DNA of 58,524 nt, from contig JBBEBC010000153.1 of NCBI GenBank assembly GCA_040882555.1, positions 1 to 58,524 on the forward strand, written 5' to 3'. Positions 39,819 to 51,410 of the stretch are shown piece after piece. The translations under genes and the position numbers were made by a program. The notes under the pieces are model-generated. The model searched no databases. It had not been told where the DNA came from and saw nothing but the letters and a program-made list of their open reading frames with translations. This stretch comes from Bacteroidia bacterium. Its GTDB lineage: Bacteria; Bacteroidota; Bacteroidia; M30B66. Positions within the stretch are counted from its first letter, which is position 1, and every line of letters starts with the position of its first letter.

Positions 39819-42368
39819 TTATTCAGTTTCAGAAGAGGTGTCTTCCGACTTCTTCTTTTTCCTTGCCTTTATGATTTTCACATCCATTTCAGATTTTTCT
39901 GCATCATAGGAAAGGTTAATCGAATCACCTTCGGCAAGTTTAGCATTAATAATATGTTCAGCTAATGGATCTTCAACATACTTTTGAATAGCTCTTTTTA
40001 GCGGTCTGGCTCCAAAATGAGCGTCATAGCCTTTTTCAACTATGTAATCTCTTGCTGAATCTTCCAACTTAATTTTGTACCCCATGTTTTCAATTCGCTT
40101 GTAAACCTGAGCTAATTCGATATCGATGATGGTATTGATATGATCCTTTGTTAACGTGTTGAACATAATCACATCATCAACACGATTTAAGAATTCAGGA
40201 GCAAAAGCTTTTTTAAGAGCTGATTCAACAACTCCTCTTTCATGATCAGAAGCTGATGAAACTTTAGCACCTGTTGAAAACCCTACACCTTGGCCAAAAT
40301 CTTTTAACTGTCGTGAGCCAATATTGGAAGTCATTATAATGATAGCATTCTTAAAGTCGATTTTTCTTCCTAGGCTATCAGTAAGTTGTCCGTCATCTAA
40401 AACCTGAAGTAATAGATTGAATACATCTGGGTGAGCTTTTTCAATTTCATCAAGAAGTATCACTGAATAAGGCTTTCTTCTTACTTTTTCAGTAAGCTGA
40501 CCACCTTCTTCATAACCAACATATCCTGGAGGTGCTCCAATTAATCTGGAAACTGCAAATTTCTCCATATACTCACTCATATCAATTCTGATGAGTGCAT
40601 CGTCACTATCGAAAAGGTATTTCGAAAGGACTTTCGCAAGTTGAGTTTTACCAACACCAGTAGGTCCTAAGAAAATAAATGAACCAATCGGACGATTAGG
40701 ATCCTTCAATCCTGCGCGATTACGTTGAATGGCTTTTACAACTTTCTTAATTGCCTCTTCCTGTCCGATTACTTTATCATGAATTTCATCAAACATTTTA
40801 ACCAGTCGGCTACTTTCGTTCTGAGCGATTCTCTGTGTTGGCACACCGGTCATCATAGCCACAACTTCAGCAACATTATCTTCGGAGACTGTCTGGCGGT
40901 TATTCCTTGTTTCTTCTTCCCAAGCTTTTGTTGCCACATCTAGTTGTTCAATAAGTTGCTTTTCTTTATCACGAAGGCGAGCAGCTTCTTCATATTTCTG
41001 GCTTTTTACAACCTGAATCTTTTCAGCTTTAACATCTTCAATCTTAGATTCAATATCTAAGATGTTCTGAGGAACATGAATATTTGTTATGTGCACTCGA
41101 GAACCAGCTTCATCCAGAGCATCAATTGCTTTATCGGGAAGATGACGATCGCTAACATAACGTTGAGTTAGAGTAACGCAAGCTTTAATTGCTTCATCAG
41201 TGTATGTTACATTGTGGTGATCTTCGTATTTACTCTTTATATTATGAAGAATTTGAATTGTTTCTTCTTCAGATGTAGGATCAACGATTACCTTCTGGAA
41301 TCTACGTTCAAGAGCTCCATCTTTCTCAATATATTGACGGTACTCATCCAACGTAGTTGCACCAATACATTGAATTTCACCCCTTGCTAATGCAGGTTTA
41401 AACATATTTGATGCATCTAGAGAGCCACTTGCTCCGCCAGCTCCAACAATAGTATGAATCTCATCAATAAATAGAATGACATCTGGAGACTTCTCCAGTT
41501 CATTAAGAACAGCTTTCATCCGTTCTTCAAACTGGCCACGGTATTTTGTACCAGCAACTAAAGAGGCCAGGTCTAAAGTGATTACTCGTTTATCGAAAAG
41601 TACACGAGATACTTTTTTCTGAACGATTCTAAGAGCAAGGCCTTCTGCGATGGCAGATTTACCAACTCCAGGCTCACCTATTAATATAGGATTGTTCTTT
41701 TTTCTTCTTGAAAGAATTTGAGAAACTCTTTCGATTTCTTTTTCACGGCCTACGATAGGGTCTAATTTTCCATCATCTGCTGCTTTGGTAAGGTCTCTGC
41801 CAAAATTATCAAGTACCGGAGTCTTTGATTTGGTATCGCTTACTTTTTTAGTACCTCCACCGCCAAAGCCACCACCGTCATCATCATTATCATCATCAAG
41901 AGGATTACTCTGAGCCTGAGCACGTGGTTCTTCAGTGAGAAGGTTTTTTAATTCGTCGCGTACAATAGAGTAGTTCACATTAAATTTTTCAAGGGTTTTA
42001 GTGACAATATTGTCGTCATCCTTAAGAATAGCCAAAAGGAGATGTTCTGTACCTATCAGATTTGTTTTGAATAAACGTGCTTCTAGATAGGTTACTTTTA
42101 AAGCGCGCTCTGCTTGTTTAACAAGTGGTATTTGATTGAGGTTAAGCGACTTGCCCGAAGACACTTTAATTGAACCTTCAATTTGTTTCCTAAGTTCGGG
42201 AACGTCTACACCCAGGTTTTTAAGTATCCTGATTGCCATGCCTTCTCCTTCTCTAATAATTCCTAAGAGAAGGTGCTCAACGCCCATATAATCATGCCCT
42301 AGTCGAAGGGCTTCTTCTCTGCTATAAGAAATTACATCTTTTACACGTGGTGAAAATCTCGCTTCCAT
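39819..42368 (-). CDS. clpC: ATP-dependent Clp protease ATP-binding subunit
   Basis: Clp N repeats, GEPGVGKS, UVR motif (QKYEEAARLRD), GPTGVGKT, RIDMSEYMEK, GAPPGYVGY, GARPLKR. Confidence 0.95.
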   Translation of the reverse strand: MEARFSPRVKDVISYSREEALRLGHDYMGVEHLLLGIIREGEGMAIRILKNLGVDVPELRKQIEGSIKVSSGKSLNLNQIPLVKQAERALKVTYLEARLFKTNLIGTEHLLLAILKDDDNIVTKTLEKFNVNYSIVRDELKNLLTEEPRAQAQSNPLDDDNDDDGGGFGGGGTKKVSDTKSKTPVLDNFGRDLTKAADDGKLDPIVGREKEIERVSQILSRRKKNNPILIGEPGVGKSAIAEGLALRIVQKKVSRVLFDKRVITLDLASLVAGTKYRGQFEERMKAVLNELEKSPDVILFIDEIHTIVGAGGASGSLDASNMFKPALARGEIQCIGATTLDEYRQYIEKDGALERRFQKVIVDPTSEEETIQILHNIKSKYEDHHNVTYTDEAIKACVTLTQRYVSDRHLPDKAIDALDEAGSRVHITNIHVPQNILDIESKIEDVKAEKIQVVKSQKYEEAARLRDKEKQLIEQLDVATKAWEEETRNNRQTVSEDNVAEVVAMMTGVPTQRIAQNESSRLVKMFDEIHDKVIGQEEAIKKVVKAIQRNRAGLKDPNRPIGSFIFLGPTGVGKTQLAKVLSKYLFDSDDALIRIDMSEYMEKFAVSRLIGAPPGYVGYEEGGQLTEKVRRKPYSVILLDEIEKAHPDVFNLLLQVLDDGQLTDSLGRKIDFKNAIIIMTSNIGSRQLKDFGQGVGFSTGAKVSSASDHERGVVESALKKAFAPEFLNRVDDVIMFNTLTKDHINTIIDIELAQVYKRIENMGYKIKLEDSARDYIVEKGYDAHFGARPLKRAIQKYVEDPLAEHIINAKLAEGDSINLSYDAEKSEMDVKIIKARKKKKSEDTSSETE

Positions 42369-42438
42369 ATGGTAATTTTACTGGTTTGTGATGACAGTCG
42401 ATTCAAATGTACTGAAAAGATTATCATTCTACTGATTA

Positions 42439-42446
42439 CAAATTTA
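42439..42446 (-). promoter_or_regulatory. -7 promoter element TAAATTTG for clpC
   Basis: Top strand CAAATTTA, 70 nt upstream of the clpC ATG. Confidence 0.5.
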
Positions 42447-42615
42447 GATGCCTGTCGCATCTATCAACGTTTTCAAATTGTTAATTACAAACAGATTTTT
42501 GTTAATACTAAGCACTCAAATAAAGAGCGCTTTTGAGCATTTGAAGTATATTCGCAACTTGATTAAAACGTTACTCTTATAACAACAATTATACAGTTCA
42601 TGTTTAACTGATTTT

Positions 42616-45150
42616 ATGGCAGAAGGAGAGAAAATAATTCCGATTAACATCGAAGAAGAAATGAAAACGGCCTATATCGACTATTCGATGTCGGTCATTG
42701 TGTCACGCGCACTACCAGATGTGCGTGATGGATTGAAGCCTGTACATCGTCGTGTTCTCTTTGGGATGCAGGACTTGGGAGTAGCTTCTAATCGGGCGCA
42801 CAAAAAATCTGCAAGAATTGTAGGTGAGGTACTTGGTAAATATCACCCACACGGAGATACATCAGTATATGATGCCATGGTTCGTATGGCTCAGGAGTGG
42901 AGTTTAAGGTATCCACTTGTTGATGGCCAGGGTAATTTTGGTTCTATCGATGGAGATAGTCCAGCAGCAATGCGTTACACGGAGGCACGTCTTAAGCGTT
43001 TGGCTGAAGAGATGCTCGCTGATATAGACAAGAATACGGTCGATTTCAGGTTGAATTTTGATGATTCTCTCGAAGAGCCGACTGTTTTACCTGCAAAAAT
43101 TCCAAATTTACTTGTAAACGGAGCTTCAGGAATTGCTGTAGGTATGGCTACCAATATGCCTCCTCACCAGTTAGGGGAAGTAATTGATGGTACTGTTGCT
43201 TACATTGAAAACAATGAAATCACCATAGCCGAGCTCATGAAATTTGTGAAAGCTCCTGATTTCCCTACCGGGGGAATTATTTATGGTTATGAAGGAGTTA
43301 GGGATGCTTTTGAAACTGGGCGTGGTCGTGTAGTAATGAGAGCAAAGACTTTTGTTGAGCAAACAGACAATGGACGAGAGCGAATTATAGTGTCTGAGAT
43401 ACCTTATATGGTAAATAAGGCTGAGATGATTCGTAAAACGGCAGATCTTATTAATGATAAGAAGCTAGAAGGAATTAGTGATATCCGTGATGAGAGTGAC
43501 CGCGACGGAATGCGGATTGTATATGAATTAAAAAGAGATACAATCACCAATGTGGTGCTTAATAATTTATTTAAGTACACCCAGCTACAGTCCTCATTTT
43601 CAGTAAATAACATAGCATTAGTAAAAGGCCGTCCTGAGATGTTAAATCTCAAGGATATGATTCGCCACTTCGTAAATCACCGTCACGAAGTTCTTGTTAG
43701 AAAGACTCAATTCGAGCTTGAACAAGCTGAAAAAAGAGCTCATATCCTTGAAGGTTTCTTAATTGCCCTTGATAATCTTGATGCAATTATCACCTTGATT
43801 AGGGCTAGTAGAACTCCTGATGATGCGAGAGAAGGTTTGATGGAAACCTTTGAATTGTCTGAAATACAGGCTAGAGCCATTCTAAACCTAACGCTTCAAA
43901 GGTTAACAGGCCTTGAGCGAGATAAGATTAGAGACGAGTATGATGAGTTAATGAAGACCATCGATTACTTGAAATCTATTCTTAATGATGAAATTCTTCG
44001 AATGAAGATCATTAAAGATGAGCTCATTGAGATAAAAGAAAAATACAATGATGAGCGCCGCACGGAGATTATCTATGCAGCTGAAGGAGAGCGCATTGAA
44101 GATTTTATTGCAGATGAACCTTGCGTAATTACTGTATCTCATCTTGGTTACATCAAACGAACCAATCTGAATGAATACAGGACTCAAAGAAGAGGTGGAA
44201 CTGGTTCAAAAGGTTCTAATACAAGAGATGAAGATTTCTTAGAACATTTATTTACGGCAACAACGCATAACTATTTGCTATTCTTTACCAAGCTTGGTAG
44301 ATGTTTCTGGATGAGAGCGTTTGAAGTACCTGAAGGAACAAAGACATCGAAAGGAAGAGCAATTCAAAACTTGATTAGCATTCCGCCAGATGATAAAGTA
44401 GTGGCATATGTGAATGTGACTAGTCTAAGCGATGAAGAGTACATCAATAACAACTACATTATCATGTGTACTAATCGTGGAACGATTAAGAAGACAGCTC
44501 TTGAAGCTTATTCTCGTCCACGTGTGAATGGTATCAATGCAATTACTGTTAGAGAAGGTGAAGAACTATTAGCGGCAACAATGACTAGTGGAACATCTGA
44601 AATCATGATGGCCTTAAAAAGCGGAAGGGCAATTCGTTTCCCTGAAGCCAAAGTGAGACCAATGGGCAGGAATGCTGCAGGTGTGCGTGGTGTGACTTTA
44701 GCAAACGATGATGATGAAGTTGTTGGTCTGGTTTGTGCGGAGGACACCAATACACAGATTATGGTTGTTTCTGAAAACGGATATGGTAAGCGCTCTGATA
44801 TAGATGATTACCGTATTACCAACCGTGGCGGAAAAGGTGTTAAAACCATTAATGTTACTGATAAGACCGGTTCTCTAATTGCCTTGTTAGCGGTAAAAGA
44901 TGAGGAGGATTTGATGATTATCACCCGTTCAGGTGTGATGATTAGAATTCCAATTGAAGGTTTACGTGTAATGGGCAGAAATACTCAAGGTGTTCGTCTT
45001 ATAACATTAAGAAACAATCAAAGCATTGCCGCTGTGACCAATGTTGAGAAGGAAGAAGAAGAGGAAGAAATTCCTGGAATCGAGGGTGGAGAAGGAGCAG
45101 AAGGTGCTGAAGGAGAAAACAACGCAACTGAAAACCCAAGTGAAGAATAA
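42616..45150 (+). CDS. gyrA: DNA gyrase subunit A
   Basis: [24 protein letters not shown], catalytic AAMRYTE, GyrA-box QRRGGTG and acidic tail. Confidence 0.97.
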   Translation: MAEGEKIIPINIEEEMKTAYIDYSMSVIVSRALPDVRDGLKPVHRRVLFGMQDLGVASNRAHKKSARIVGEVLGKYHPHGDTSVYDAMVRMAQEWSLRYPLVDGQGNFGSIDGDSPAAMRYTEARLKRLAEEMLADIDKNTVDFRLNFDDSLEEPTVLPAKIPNLLVNGASGIAVGMATNMPPHQLGEVIDGTVAYIENNEITIAELMKFVKAPDFPTGGIIYGYEGVRDAFETGRGRVVMRAKTFVEQTDNGRERIIVSEIPYMVNKAEMIRKTADLINDKKLEGISDIRDESDRDGMRIVYELKRDTITNVVLNNLFKYTQLQSSFSVNNIALVKGRPEMLNLKDMIRHFVNHRHEVLVRKTQFELEQAEKRAHILEGFLIALDNLDAIITLIRASRTPDDAREGLMETFELSEIQARAILNLTLQRLTGLERDKIRDEYDELMKTIDYLKSILNDEILRMKIIKDELIEIKEKYNDERRTEIIYAAEGERIEDFIADEPCVITVSHLGYIKRTNLNEYRTQRRGGTGSKGSNTRDEDFLEHLFTATTHNYLLFFTKLGRCFWMRAFEVPEGTKTSKGRAIQNLISIPPDDKVVAYVNVTSLSDEEYINNNYIIMCTNRGTIKKTALEAYSRPRVNGINAITVREGEELLAATMTSGTSEIMMALKSGRAIRFPEAKVRPMGRNAAGVRGVTLANDDDEVVGLVCAEDTNTQIMVVSENGYGKRSDIDDYRITNRGGKGVKTINVTDKTGSLIALLAVKDEEDLMIITRSGVMIRIPIEGLRVMGRNTQGVRLITLRNNQSIAAVTNVEKEEEEEEIPGIEGGEGAEGAEGENNATENPSEE

Positions 45151-45166
45151 TTTAAACTGAATAACT

Positions 45167-46327
45167 ATGAACCGTATTTTTCTGATACTTCTAATTCTCG
45201 GAATTGCCGGTCCCTCGATGGCTCAGCAAAGTAAAGTAGTTAGTGCCTATAACTATCTAAATTACTATCTGCAGGACAAAGATGTAGAACAATTAAAAAA
45301 AGCCAAGGAAAACATTGACCAGGCTATTGAAAACGATAAAACTATGGGGAAACCCAAAACGTGGTATTATCGTGGAAATGTTTATTGGGCAATGCAGGAT
45401 AGTAAAAATGAAGAGTTTACTTCAGGAGGTCAAAACCCCTTACTAACAGCAATCGAATCATACAAGAAGGTTTACGAGTTAGAACCATCTTATGAATATG
45501 CTGATGAATCTTACCAAAAAGCCTTGATTGGATACAAGAATCTAGGTATTATGGCTTTCAATGAGAACAATTTCAATAATGCATTGAAGTATTTTGAAGG
45601 AGCTTATGATTTGGGGTTGAAGAAGAATGTTCTAGATACAGCTGCGCTGGAAAATTCTTCAATTGCTGCTATAAGAGCAAATGATTATGATAAAGCTGAG
45701 AAATATCTCAAGCAATTAATCAGCTATAAGATAGATGAGGATGGTAATAGGTACATCCAGCTTATTACTATGCAAAAAGCAAAAGGTGATACTGCTGTGG
45801 CTATGAAAACGCTTGCAGAAGCTAGAGCTGAATTTCCCAACGATCAGAAGTTGCTGACTGAGGAGTTAAATTACTACTTGATGCAAGGAAAATCCGCTGA
45901 GGCTGAGAAATTGTTAGTTCTTGCTATTGAGAAAGACCCAGGAAATCATTTACTGCACTATGCAGCGGGTACCATTTATGAGGATCTAGGTAAAAGAGAG
46001 CCTGCCATTGCGGCATACAAAAAAGCTATAGAACTAAAACCAGAGTTTTGGGAGGCATACTTTAACCTTGGAGCGCTCTACAACAATGAGGCTAAGCGTT
46101 TGCAGGATATTGCAAACAATGAAAAGGACATGAAGAAATATGAAGCTGGCAATAAGCTGGCGGAAGCTGAATTTGATAAAGCATTGCCAAATCTTGAAAA
46201 AGCCTTAGAATTGGCTCCAGCAGAAAGTTCTGATGTACAGGCTTTACTTAGAACATTGAAGCAGATTTACAGCCGACTCAATATGAAAGATAAATACGAG
46301 AAGGTTAGCAAAATGATGGAGCCTTGA
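45167..46327 (+). CDS. Exported TPR-repeat protein
   Basis: Signal peptide (SMAQ); multiple TPRs such as AYKKAIELKPEFWEAYFNLGALY. Confidence 0.88.
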   Translation: MNRIFLILLILGIAGPSMAQQSKVVSAYNYLNYYLQDKDVEQLKKAKENIDQAIENDKTMGKPKTWYYRGNVYWAMQDSKNEEFTSGGQNPLLTAIESYKKVYELEPSYEYADESYQKALIGYKNLGIMAFNENNFNNALKYFEGAYDLGLKKNVLDTAALENSSIAAIRANDYDKAEKYLKQLISYKIDEDGNRYIQLITMQKAKGDTAVAMKTLAEARAEFPNDQKLLTEELNYYLMQGKSAEAEKLLVLAIEKDPGNHLLHYAAGTIYEDLGKREPAIAAYKKAIELKPEFWEAYFNLGALYNNEAKRLQDIANNEKDMKKYEAGNKLAEAEFDKALPNLEKALELAPAESSDVQALLRTLKQIYSRLNMKDKYEKVSKMMEP

Positions 46328-46379
46328 TATAGGCTTTAAGAAAAGAAGTCGGTAGAGGTTAGGTTCTAGTTTGACTGTT

Positions 46380-46410
46380 AATCCCGAAAGTTTCTTTCGG
46401 GATTTTTTTT
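46380..46410 (+). terminator. Intrinsic terminator after gyrA-TPR
   Basis: AATCCCGAAAG-ttt-CTTTCGGGATT followed by a T-run. Confidence 0.9.
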
Positions 46411-46574
46411 GCATTTGGAATTCCTGAATTGATCAACGTAAGACTTCAAAGGCAATTTCTATGGTGATAAAACTATCAAGCAATCATTTGCAGAATTATA
46501 GGAAAGAGGAAGGCGAGTTGCTTAATTAGGCAATGTATATAATTGAATATGTGCATCCTAGACTTAAAATATCT

Positions 46575-46602
46575 ATTTAACATAATATTAATTATAAAAC
46601 AA
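46575..46602 (-). other. dif: XerCD dif-like recombination site
   Basis: Minus strand TTGTTTTATAA-TTAATA-TTATGTTAAAT. The right arm matches the E. coli XerD arm, the spacer is 6 bp, the left arm keeps the inner ATAA, and the site is intergenic. Confidence 0.7.
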
Positions 46603-46947
46603 ATGGAAGGTTGTTAACATGAAATCAGAAATTAATCCGTTTGATGGTTCACCTCTAATTTGAAAATATCAAAAGATGGATTGATTATATGTAAACATAA
46701 GTTTAGCGATAAGAATCCCAAGGATGACATTTCAGCACGAAAGTTCTAAGATTTCAAAAATTTACCGAAGAGCTTTTAATGAATTCCTTGAAGGAATGAA
46801 TTGTAGAAAAAACTTTGCAGCTCAGATTTAAAAGCATGACAATAAAGAATCAATCTAGAATAACTTGTTTATGCCTTCAAGAATTTAATCGGAACATTTG
46901 AATCATTTGGTAAAACTGTTAAACTTAGAACCAATTAAAAATAGCGT

Positions 46948-48345
46948 TTACAGTAAATGAGCATTCATTCTATCTTTTATGCCCTTACGCTTATATGTGC
47001 GGCTAGCCCAGATGTAAAAGCATAAACCAATCAATAGCCAAGCTATTATTATTGACCATTCTATTGTGTTTAGCGCAGAAGGATTTCCAGGTAAATACAA
47101 ATACAGCAGGCCTAAACTTGATAAGAAAGCCAAAATGCCGATAATTTTGCCAAAGGGCACTTTAAAAGGACGCTTCATTAGGGGCTCCTTTTTCCTCAAT
47201 TGGTAAAAAGAAAGAGCTACTAAACTCCATGAAATGACTATTCCTAATCCCCCGGCATTTACTAACCAGCCCATCGCTTCTTTGCCAAAAAGCGTTGCTA
47301 GTATTGAAGTTCCTGTTACAAATAGTATGGCTGTAGTTGGTGATTTATATGTTGGATGCAGAATCGAGAATGATTTAGGCAGCATTCCTGAATATCCCAT
47401 GGCATAGATTGCCCTCGTGGCTCCTACAAAAAAGCTATTCCAACTTGTAATAATACCAGCTAAACCAGCCAAAATAAGTAAGTTTTTAGCCCAGAGTCCT
47501 GAATAGATTTTCTGCATTGCATCCGCTGGAGCTAATGAACTAGATTCTAATTCACTCGCAGTAAGCGTGTTGCCTACGCTATAGATGATAGCTGTATACC
47601 ACAAAATAGCTAATATAACCGACAAGATTAATACCCTGCCAATTTGCCTGAAAGGTAAATTGATTTCTTCTGCTGCTTGAGGAATCACGTCAAAGCCCAC
47701 GAACATAAAGGGTGTCATAACAATTACTGCAAGTAGACCTGTTGATAATTCGTCTTTACCCAAAATCTCAAATGATTCGCCTTGCATATTAGGAGAGACA
47801 AGACTACCGAAAATCAACATGAGTCCAGCCACTAGGATGAAAAGTGTTAAGACTGTTTGAATAAATGCAGCTGATTTTACTCCGAAAAAATTAATTATTC
47901 CTATGATTAAAGCTCCAAATACACCTACCAATACCCAGTCTAAATAAATAGGATTACCTAAGAGAGACCAAATTGGTTCTTCCTGCGAAAGAGGTAAAAT
48001 ATTACTAAGCACAACTGGTAATGCAACAGCCTCAAAAGCGCAAACAGATACATAACCGAGGATGATAAACCATGTGCAGAAAAAAGAAGCATCGAGCCCT
48101 AATCCTCGATAACTGAAAACATGCTCCCCTCCTACTTTTGGCATAGCCGAAGTGAGTTCTGCGTAGGTAAGGCCAACAAGCGCTACAATGAATCCACCAA
48201 TAAAGAAAGCCGTAATTGCACCAAGAACGCCAGCTTTTAGAATCCATTCACTTGTAAGAACAACCCAAGCCCATCCAATCATCGCCCCAAAGGATAGAGT
48301 GAAAATATCCCATTTGCCTAAAACACGGTTAAAGTTTGAACTCAT
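46948..48345 (-). CDS. APC-superfamily amino acid/polyamine permease
   Basis: GAMIGWAW in TM1, YAELTSAMPKVGGE, FVGFDVIPQAAEE, RPFKVP; about 12 TM segments. Confidence 0.9.
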   Translation of the reverse strand: MSSNFNRVLGKWDIFTLSFGAMIGWAWVVLTSEWILKAGVLGAITAFFIGGFIVALVGLTYAELTSAMPKVGGEHVFSYRGLGLDASFFCTWFIILGYVSVCAFEAVALPVVLSNILPLSQEEPIWSLLGNPIYLDWVLVGVFGALIIGIINFFGVKSAAFIQTVLTLFILVAGLMLIFGSLVSPNMQGESFEILGKDELSTGLLAVIVMTPFMFVGFDVIPQAAEEINLPFRQIGRVLILSVILAILWYTAIIYSVGNTLTASELESSSLAPADAMQKIYSGLWAKNLLILAGLAGIITSWNSFFVGATRAIYAMGYSGMLPKSFSILHPTYKSPTTAILFVTGTSILATLFGKEAMGWLVNAGGLGIVISWSLVALSFYQLRKKEPLMKRPFKVPFGKIIGILAFLSSLGLLYLYLPGNPSALNTIEWSIIIAWLLIGLCFYIWASRTYKRKGIKDRMNAHLL

Positions 48346-49697
48346 TTTACATAGACCGTTTTTCTATTGATGAATTCCATTATTCCATCTTTAGAAAGTT
48401 CTCGACCATATCCGGAGTTTTTAGTGCCACCAAAAGGTAATCTTGGATCTGATTTAACAAGTTCATTTATGAAATAAGCTCCATCGCTTACGCGCGAAGC
48501 CATTTCCAATGCTCTATCAGTATTGGTTGTGCATATTGTTACACCCAGACCATAGTTTGAGTTTTCTGATAGTTCAAAGGCATCGTCTATGTCTTTTGCT
48601 TTGATCATTGCTGCTAGCGGACCAAATGTTTCTTCATCAAATGCAGGCATGCCTGGTTTCACATTACCTAAAATGGTAGGTTCGTGATAAGCTCCATCCT
48701 GCTTGCCACCAAGCAGTAACTCAGCTCCCATTTCTATTGACTTTCTAACCTGCTCTTGCAGTTGATCTGCAAGGTCTTTCCTAGCCAAAACTCCGATGTC
48801 AGTAGCATCGTTCATAGTGTCTCCAGATTTTAAATCTTTAACGGCTGAAGTGAATTTAGAAACGAACTCATCGTAAGTATTACCAACCAAAATAAACCGC
48901 TTTGCCGCAATGCAACTTTGGCCGCAGTTTAGCATTCGGGCAGTAACAGCAGTTTTAACAGCTTTATCGATATCAGCATCTTCCCAAACTATAAAGGCAT
49001 TGCTACCGCCTAGTTCCATGAGAGATTTCTTAAGGTACTTTCCTGCCAATGAGGCTACTGCTGAACCAGCTTTTTCACTTCCTGTTAGCGTTACAGCTTT
49101 AACTGCTGGATGAGATATGATAGATTCTGACTGGTCGTGATGAATAATGAAATTCTGGAAAACTCCTTCAGGAAAACCTGCTTTGGTAAAAATGCTTTCA
49201 ATAAGCTGTGCGCTTCCGAAAACATTGGCAGCATGTTTTAAAACACAAGTATTTCCTGCCATTAATGTTGGGGCTGCAAATCTAAAAACCTGCCAGAACG
49301 GAAAATTCCAAGGCATAATTGCAAACACACAGCCTATAGGATCATGCTTTACGAAACTCTTTTGAGCATCTGTTTCTATAATTTCATCTTTTAAGAAGTG
49401 AGCTGCATTTTCAGCATAATACTCACACACCCAAGCACATTTAATAACTTCAGAACGCGATTCTTTAATGGCTTTACCCATTTCTAAAGTAATCATCTGT
49501 GCATATTCATCCACATGATCTCTCAATATTTGGGCTGCTTTGAGCATAAGCTGAGCACGCTCCTCAATTGGAACATTTCTCCAGCTTGAAAATGCTTTGT
49601 GTGCTTTATCTAACTTCTGCTCAGTTTCTTCTTTTGTGAGGGAAGTGTATTTTCCTACAACCTCATTGTTGTAGGGATTGATATTTGTGAATTCCAT
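48342..49697 (-). CDS. NAD(P)-dependent succinate-semialdehyde dehydrogenase (Sad/GabD1-like)
   Basis: [31 protein letters not shown], catalytic [29 protein letters not shown]. Confidence 0.88.
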   Translation of the reverse strand: MEFTNINPYNNEVVGKYTSLTKEETEQKLDKAHKAFSSWRNVPIEERAQLMLKAAQILRDHVDEYAQMITLEMGKAIKESRSEVIKCAWVCEYYAENAAHFLKDEIIETDAQKSFVKHDPIGCVFAIMPWNFPFWQVFRFAAPTLMAGNTCVLKHAANVFGSAQLIESIFTKAGFPEGVFQNFIIHHDQSESIISHPAVKAVTLTGSEKAGSAVASLAGKYLKKSLMELGGSNAFIVWEDADIDKAVKTAVTARMLNCGQSCIAAKRFILVGNTYDEFVSKFTSAVKDLKSGDTMNDATDIGVLARKDLADQLQEQVRKSIEMGAELLLGGKQDGAYHEPTILGNVKPGMPAFDEETFGPLAAMIKAKDIDDAFELSENSNYGLGVTICTTNTDRALEMASRVSDGAYFINELVKSDPRLPFGGTKNSGYGRELSKDGIMEFINRKTVYVK

Positions 49698-49816
49698 TTA
49701 TGATGTTTAATACTTAATATTCAAGACATTAGCCAGCCTTTCTTAATCAATTTAATCAAGGCAAATTCATTCAAGTGCATTACTGCAAATGTTTATTCAA
49801 AAAATGGTATTATTTC

Positions 49817-51403
49817 CTACTTGGTTAAACTTCCTATTAGTTCAGGATGTGCTCTTTTATCCTCAATTAATTGAGAAGCATACTGAGCACGAATGGCCGC
49901 AATCCAATTTTTAGCTCTTTGAGTCAAATTGAAATCTTTGGTCATCATTCTGCCTCTTGCAACTATAATTCCTAAATCGGCACCGTCATATAGGTAATCT
50001 CCTTTCTTAGTAATTCTTAAGAAGAATGCTTCGCTCTCGCTTTCTACCGCCCTTCTATGCGTGTCCATTCTATTGAATTGAATGTGGCCATTATCAAACA
50101 TTTGCCAGATACCTGAATCAGGCGCAGCCGTTACATACTCGATGGTGTCTTCTGTATGCTTAACGATTAGCTGACTCCAAGTGTCAATATTTTCTTGTTT
50201 AAACCAGCGTTCGTTCATGGCTTTCACATCAAGTTCATAATCTACATTCATCCACTCAAGTATATGAAATAGATATAATGGTGCATCAGCTAAAGCAAAT
50301 ACAGCATGGTTTGTTATTGAGCTTGCTCCAGTTACTCTTGGGTTCAATTCACCTAAATACATTTCGCCATTATCTTGATCAATCAAAAAATCAAGCTCGA
50401 AATAACCTTTGTATCCTTCTTTTCTGAGTTGTTCACCGAATTTCTGAGTATACTCCAAAGCATTTTCGCGTAATTGGGGAGTAAATGCATCAGGGAAAAT
50501 TTCATTCCCACACCATCCACCTTTATAAGGTGTAAGTTCTTTAAAACCAACAAGCTCTGTCATTAGCGGAGCCACAATTGTTCCGTGACGCGTTACACAA
50601 GCTTCAATAGCAGAACCTCTACAATTAATTCGCTTCATGACTTTCACCTCCTCCTCCTGCTCTATCTCATCGGCGTATTTCTTGTATTCTTCATTATTTG
50701 AAATGAAAAAAGTCGTGTGACCTGAATCTCCGAATGGGGTTTGAATGACAAGGTCTTTACCTAATTTCTTTGACACCTGGCATAAATGCTCATAGCTCTT
50801 TACTCTCGTCAGCACGTTAGGAACGCATGGAACGCCCGCTTTCTGAGCAATTCTATTTGTATTAACCTTATTGTCTAGGAAGGTTCTCATCTTAGCAGAT
50901 GGAAAAATAACTTCTAATCCAAGCTTTTGGGCTAATTTTTCAGTTTTAGCATCAAACATTAGGAATAGAATTTTTCCGGCTTTACCTCCCTTTTTTCTAG
51001 AATTAATATAAGCTTGAACCTCAGGATGTTGTAGTAAATAATTATTAATATCCTCTATACTTTCGAATTCATCATGAGGCATTTCTTTTTTAGGTGAGAA
51101 AACGTTTGGATGTAAACCTCCAAAGCATTCGATATTGCAAATGAATTTAAATCCTTTAATCCATTCGTCAGCACCCAAAAGATTGAAATTGGTGGCACTC
51201 ATAAAATAAATGGGAGTCTCATTCTTATAAAAGAACCTTCTAATATCAGAAACATCATTTAAGATAGACTTATCATTTATTTGCTTTTTAGCTGATGAAG
51301 TAGGACGTTTTGCAATTGCTTTTTTGGAAGCAGCAGCTTTTTTAACCACTGCTTTTTTAACTATTGCTGTCTTTGTATTCGGTGTACTTATTTTTTCGCT
51401 CAT
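49817..51403 (-). CDS. ATP-grasp ligase of unknown substrate, with a basic N-terminal tail
   Basis: LDNKVNTNRIAQKAGVP, glycine loop QTPFGDSGHTTF, GYFELDFLID, and GELNPRVTG (ExNPR). Confidence 0.8.
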   Translation of the reverse strand: MSEKISTPNTKTAIVKKAVVKKAAASKKAIAKRPTSSAKKQINDKSILNDVSDIRRFFYKNETPIYFMSATNFNLLGADEWIKGFKFICNIECFGGLHPNVFSPKKEMPHDEFESIEDINNYLLQHPEVQAYINSRKKGGKAGKILFLMFDAKTEKLAQKLGLEVIFPSAKMRTFLDNKVNTNRIAQKAGVPCVPNVLTRVKSYEHLCQVSKKLGKDLVIQTPFGDSGHTTFFISNNEEYKKYADEIEQEEEVKVMKRINCRGSAIEACVTRHGTIVAPLMTELVGFKELTPYKGGWCGNEIFPDAFTPQLRENALEYTQKFGEQLRKEGYKGYFELDFLIDQDNGEMYLGELNPRVTGASSITNHAVFALADAPLYLFHILEWMNVDYELDVKAMNERWFKQENIDTWSQLIVKHTEDTIEYVTAAPDSGIWQMFDNGHIQFNRMDTHRRAVESESEAFFLRITKKGDYLYDGADLGIIVARGRMMTKDFNLTQRAKNWIAAIRAQYASQLIEDKRAHPELIGSLTK

Positions 51404-51410
51404 AATTTTT

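Noticed and set aside
42840-42880. Thr at the GyrA position equivalent to E. coli Ser83 (HGDTSVYD) as quinolone resistance
   Set aside because: Thr at this position is a natural wild-type state in many bacteria, so it is not evidence of an acquired mutation.
46328-46410. G/T-rich stretch (ggtagaggttaggttctagtttgactg) before the terminator as a tRNA or sRNA
   Set aside because: No cloverleaf or T-loop consensus is present. A 3'-derived sRNA cannot be supported without expression or conservation data.
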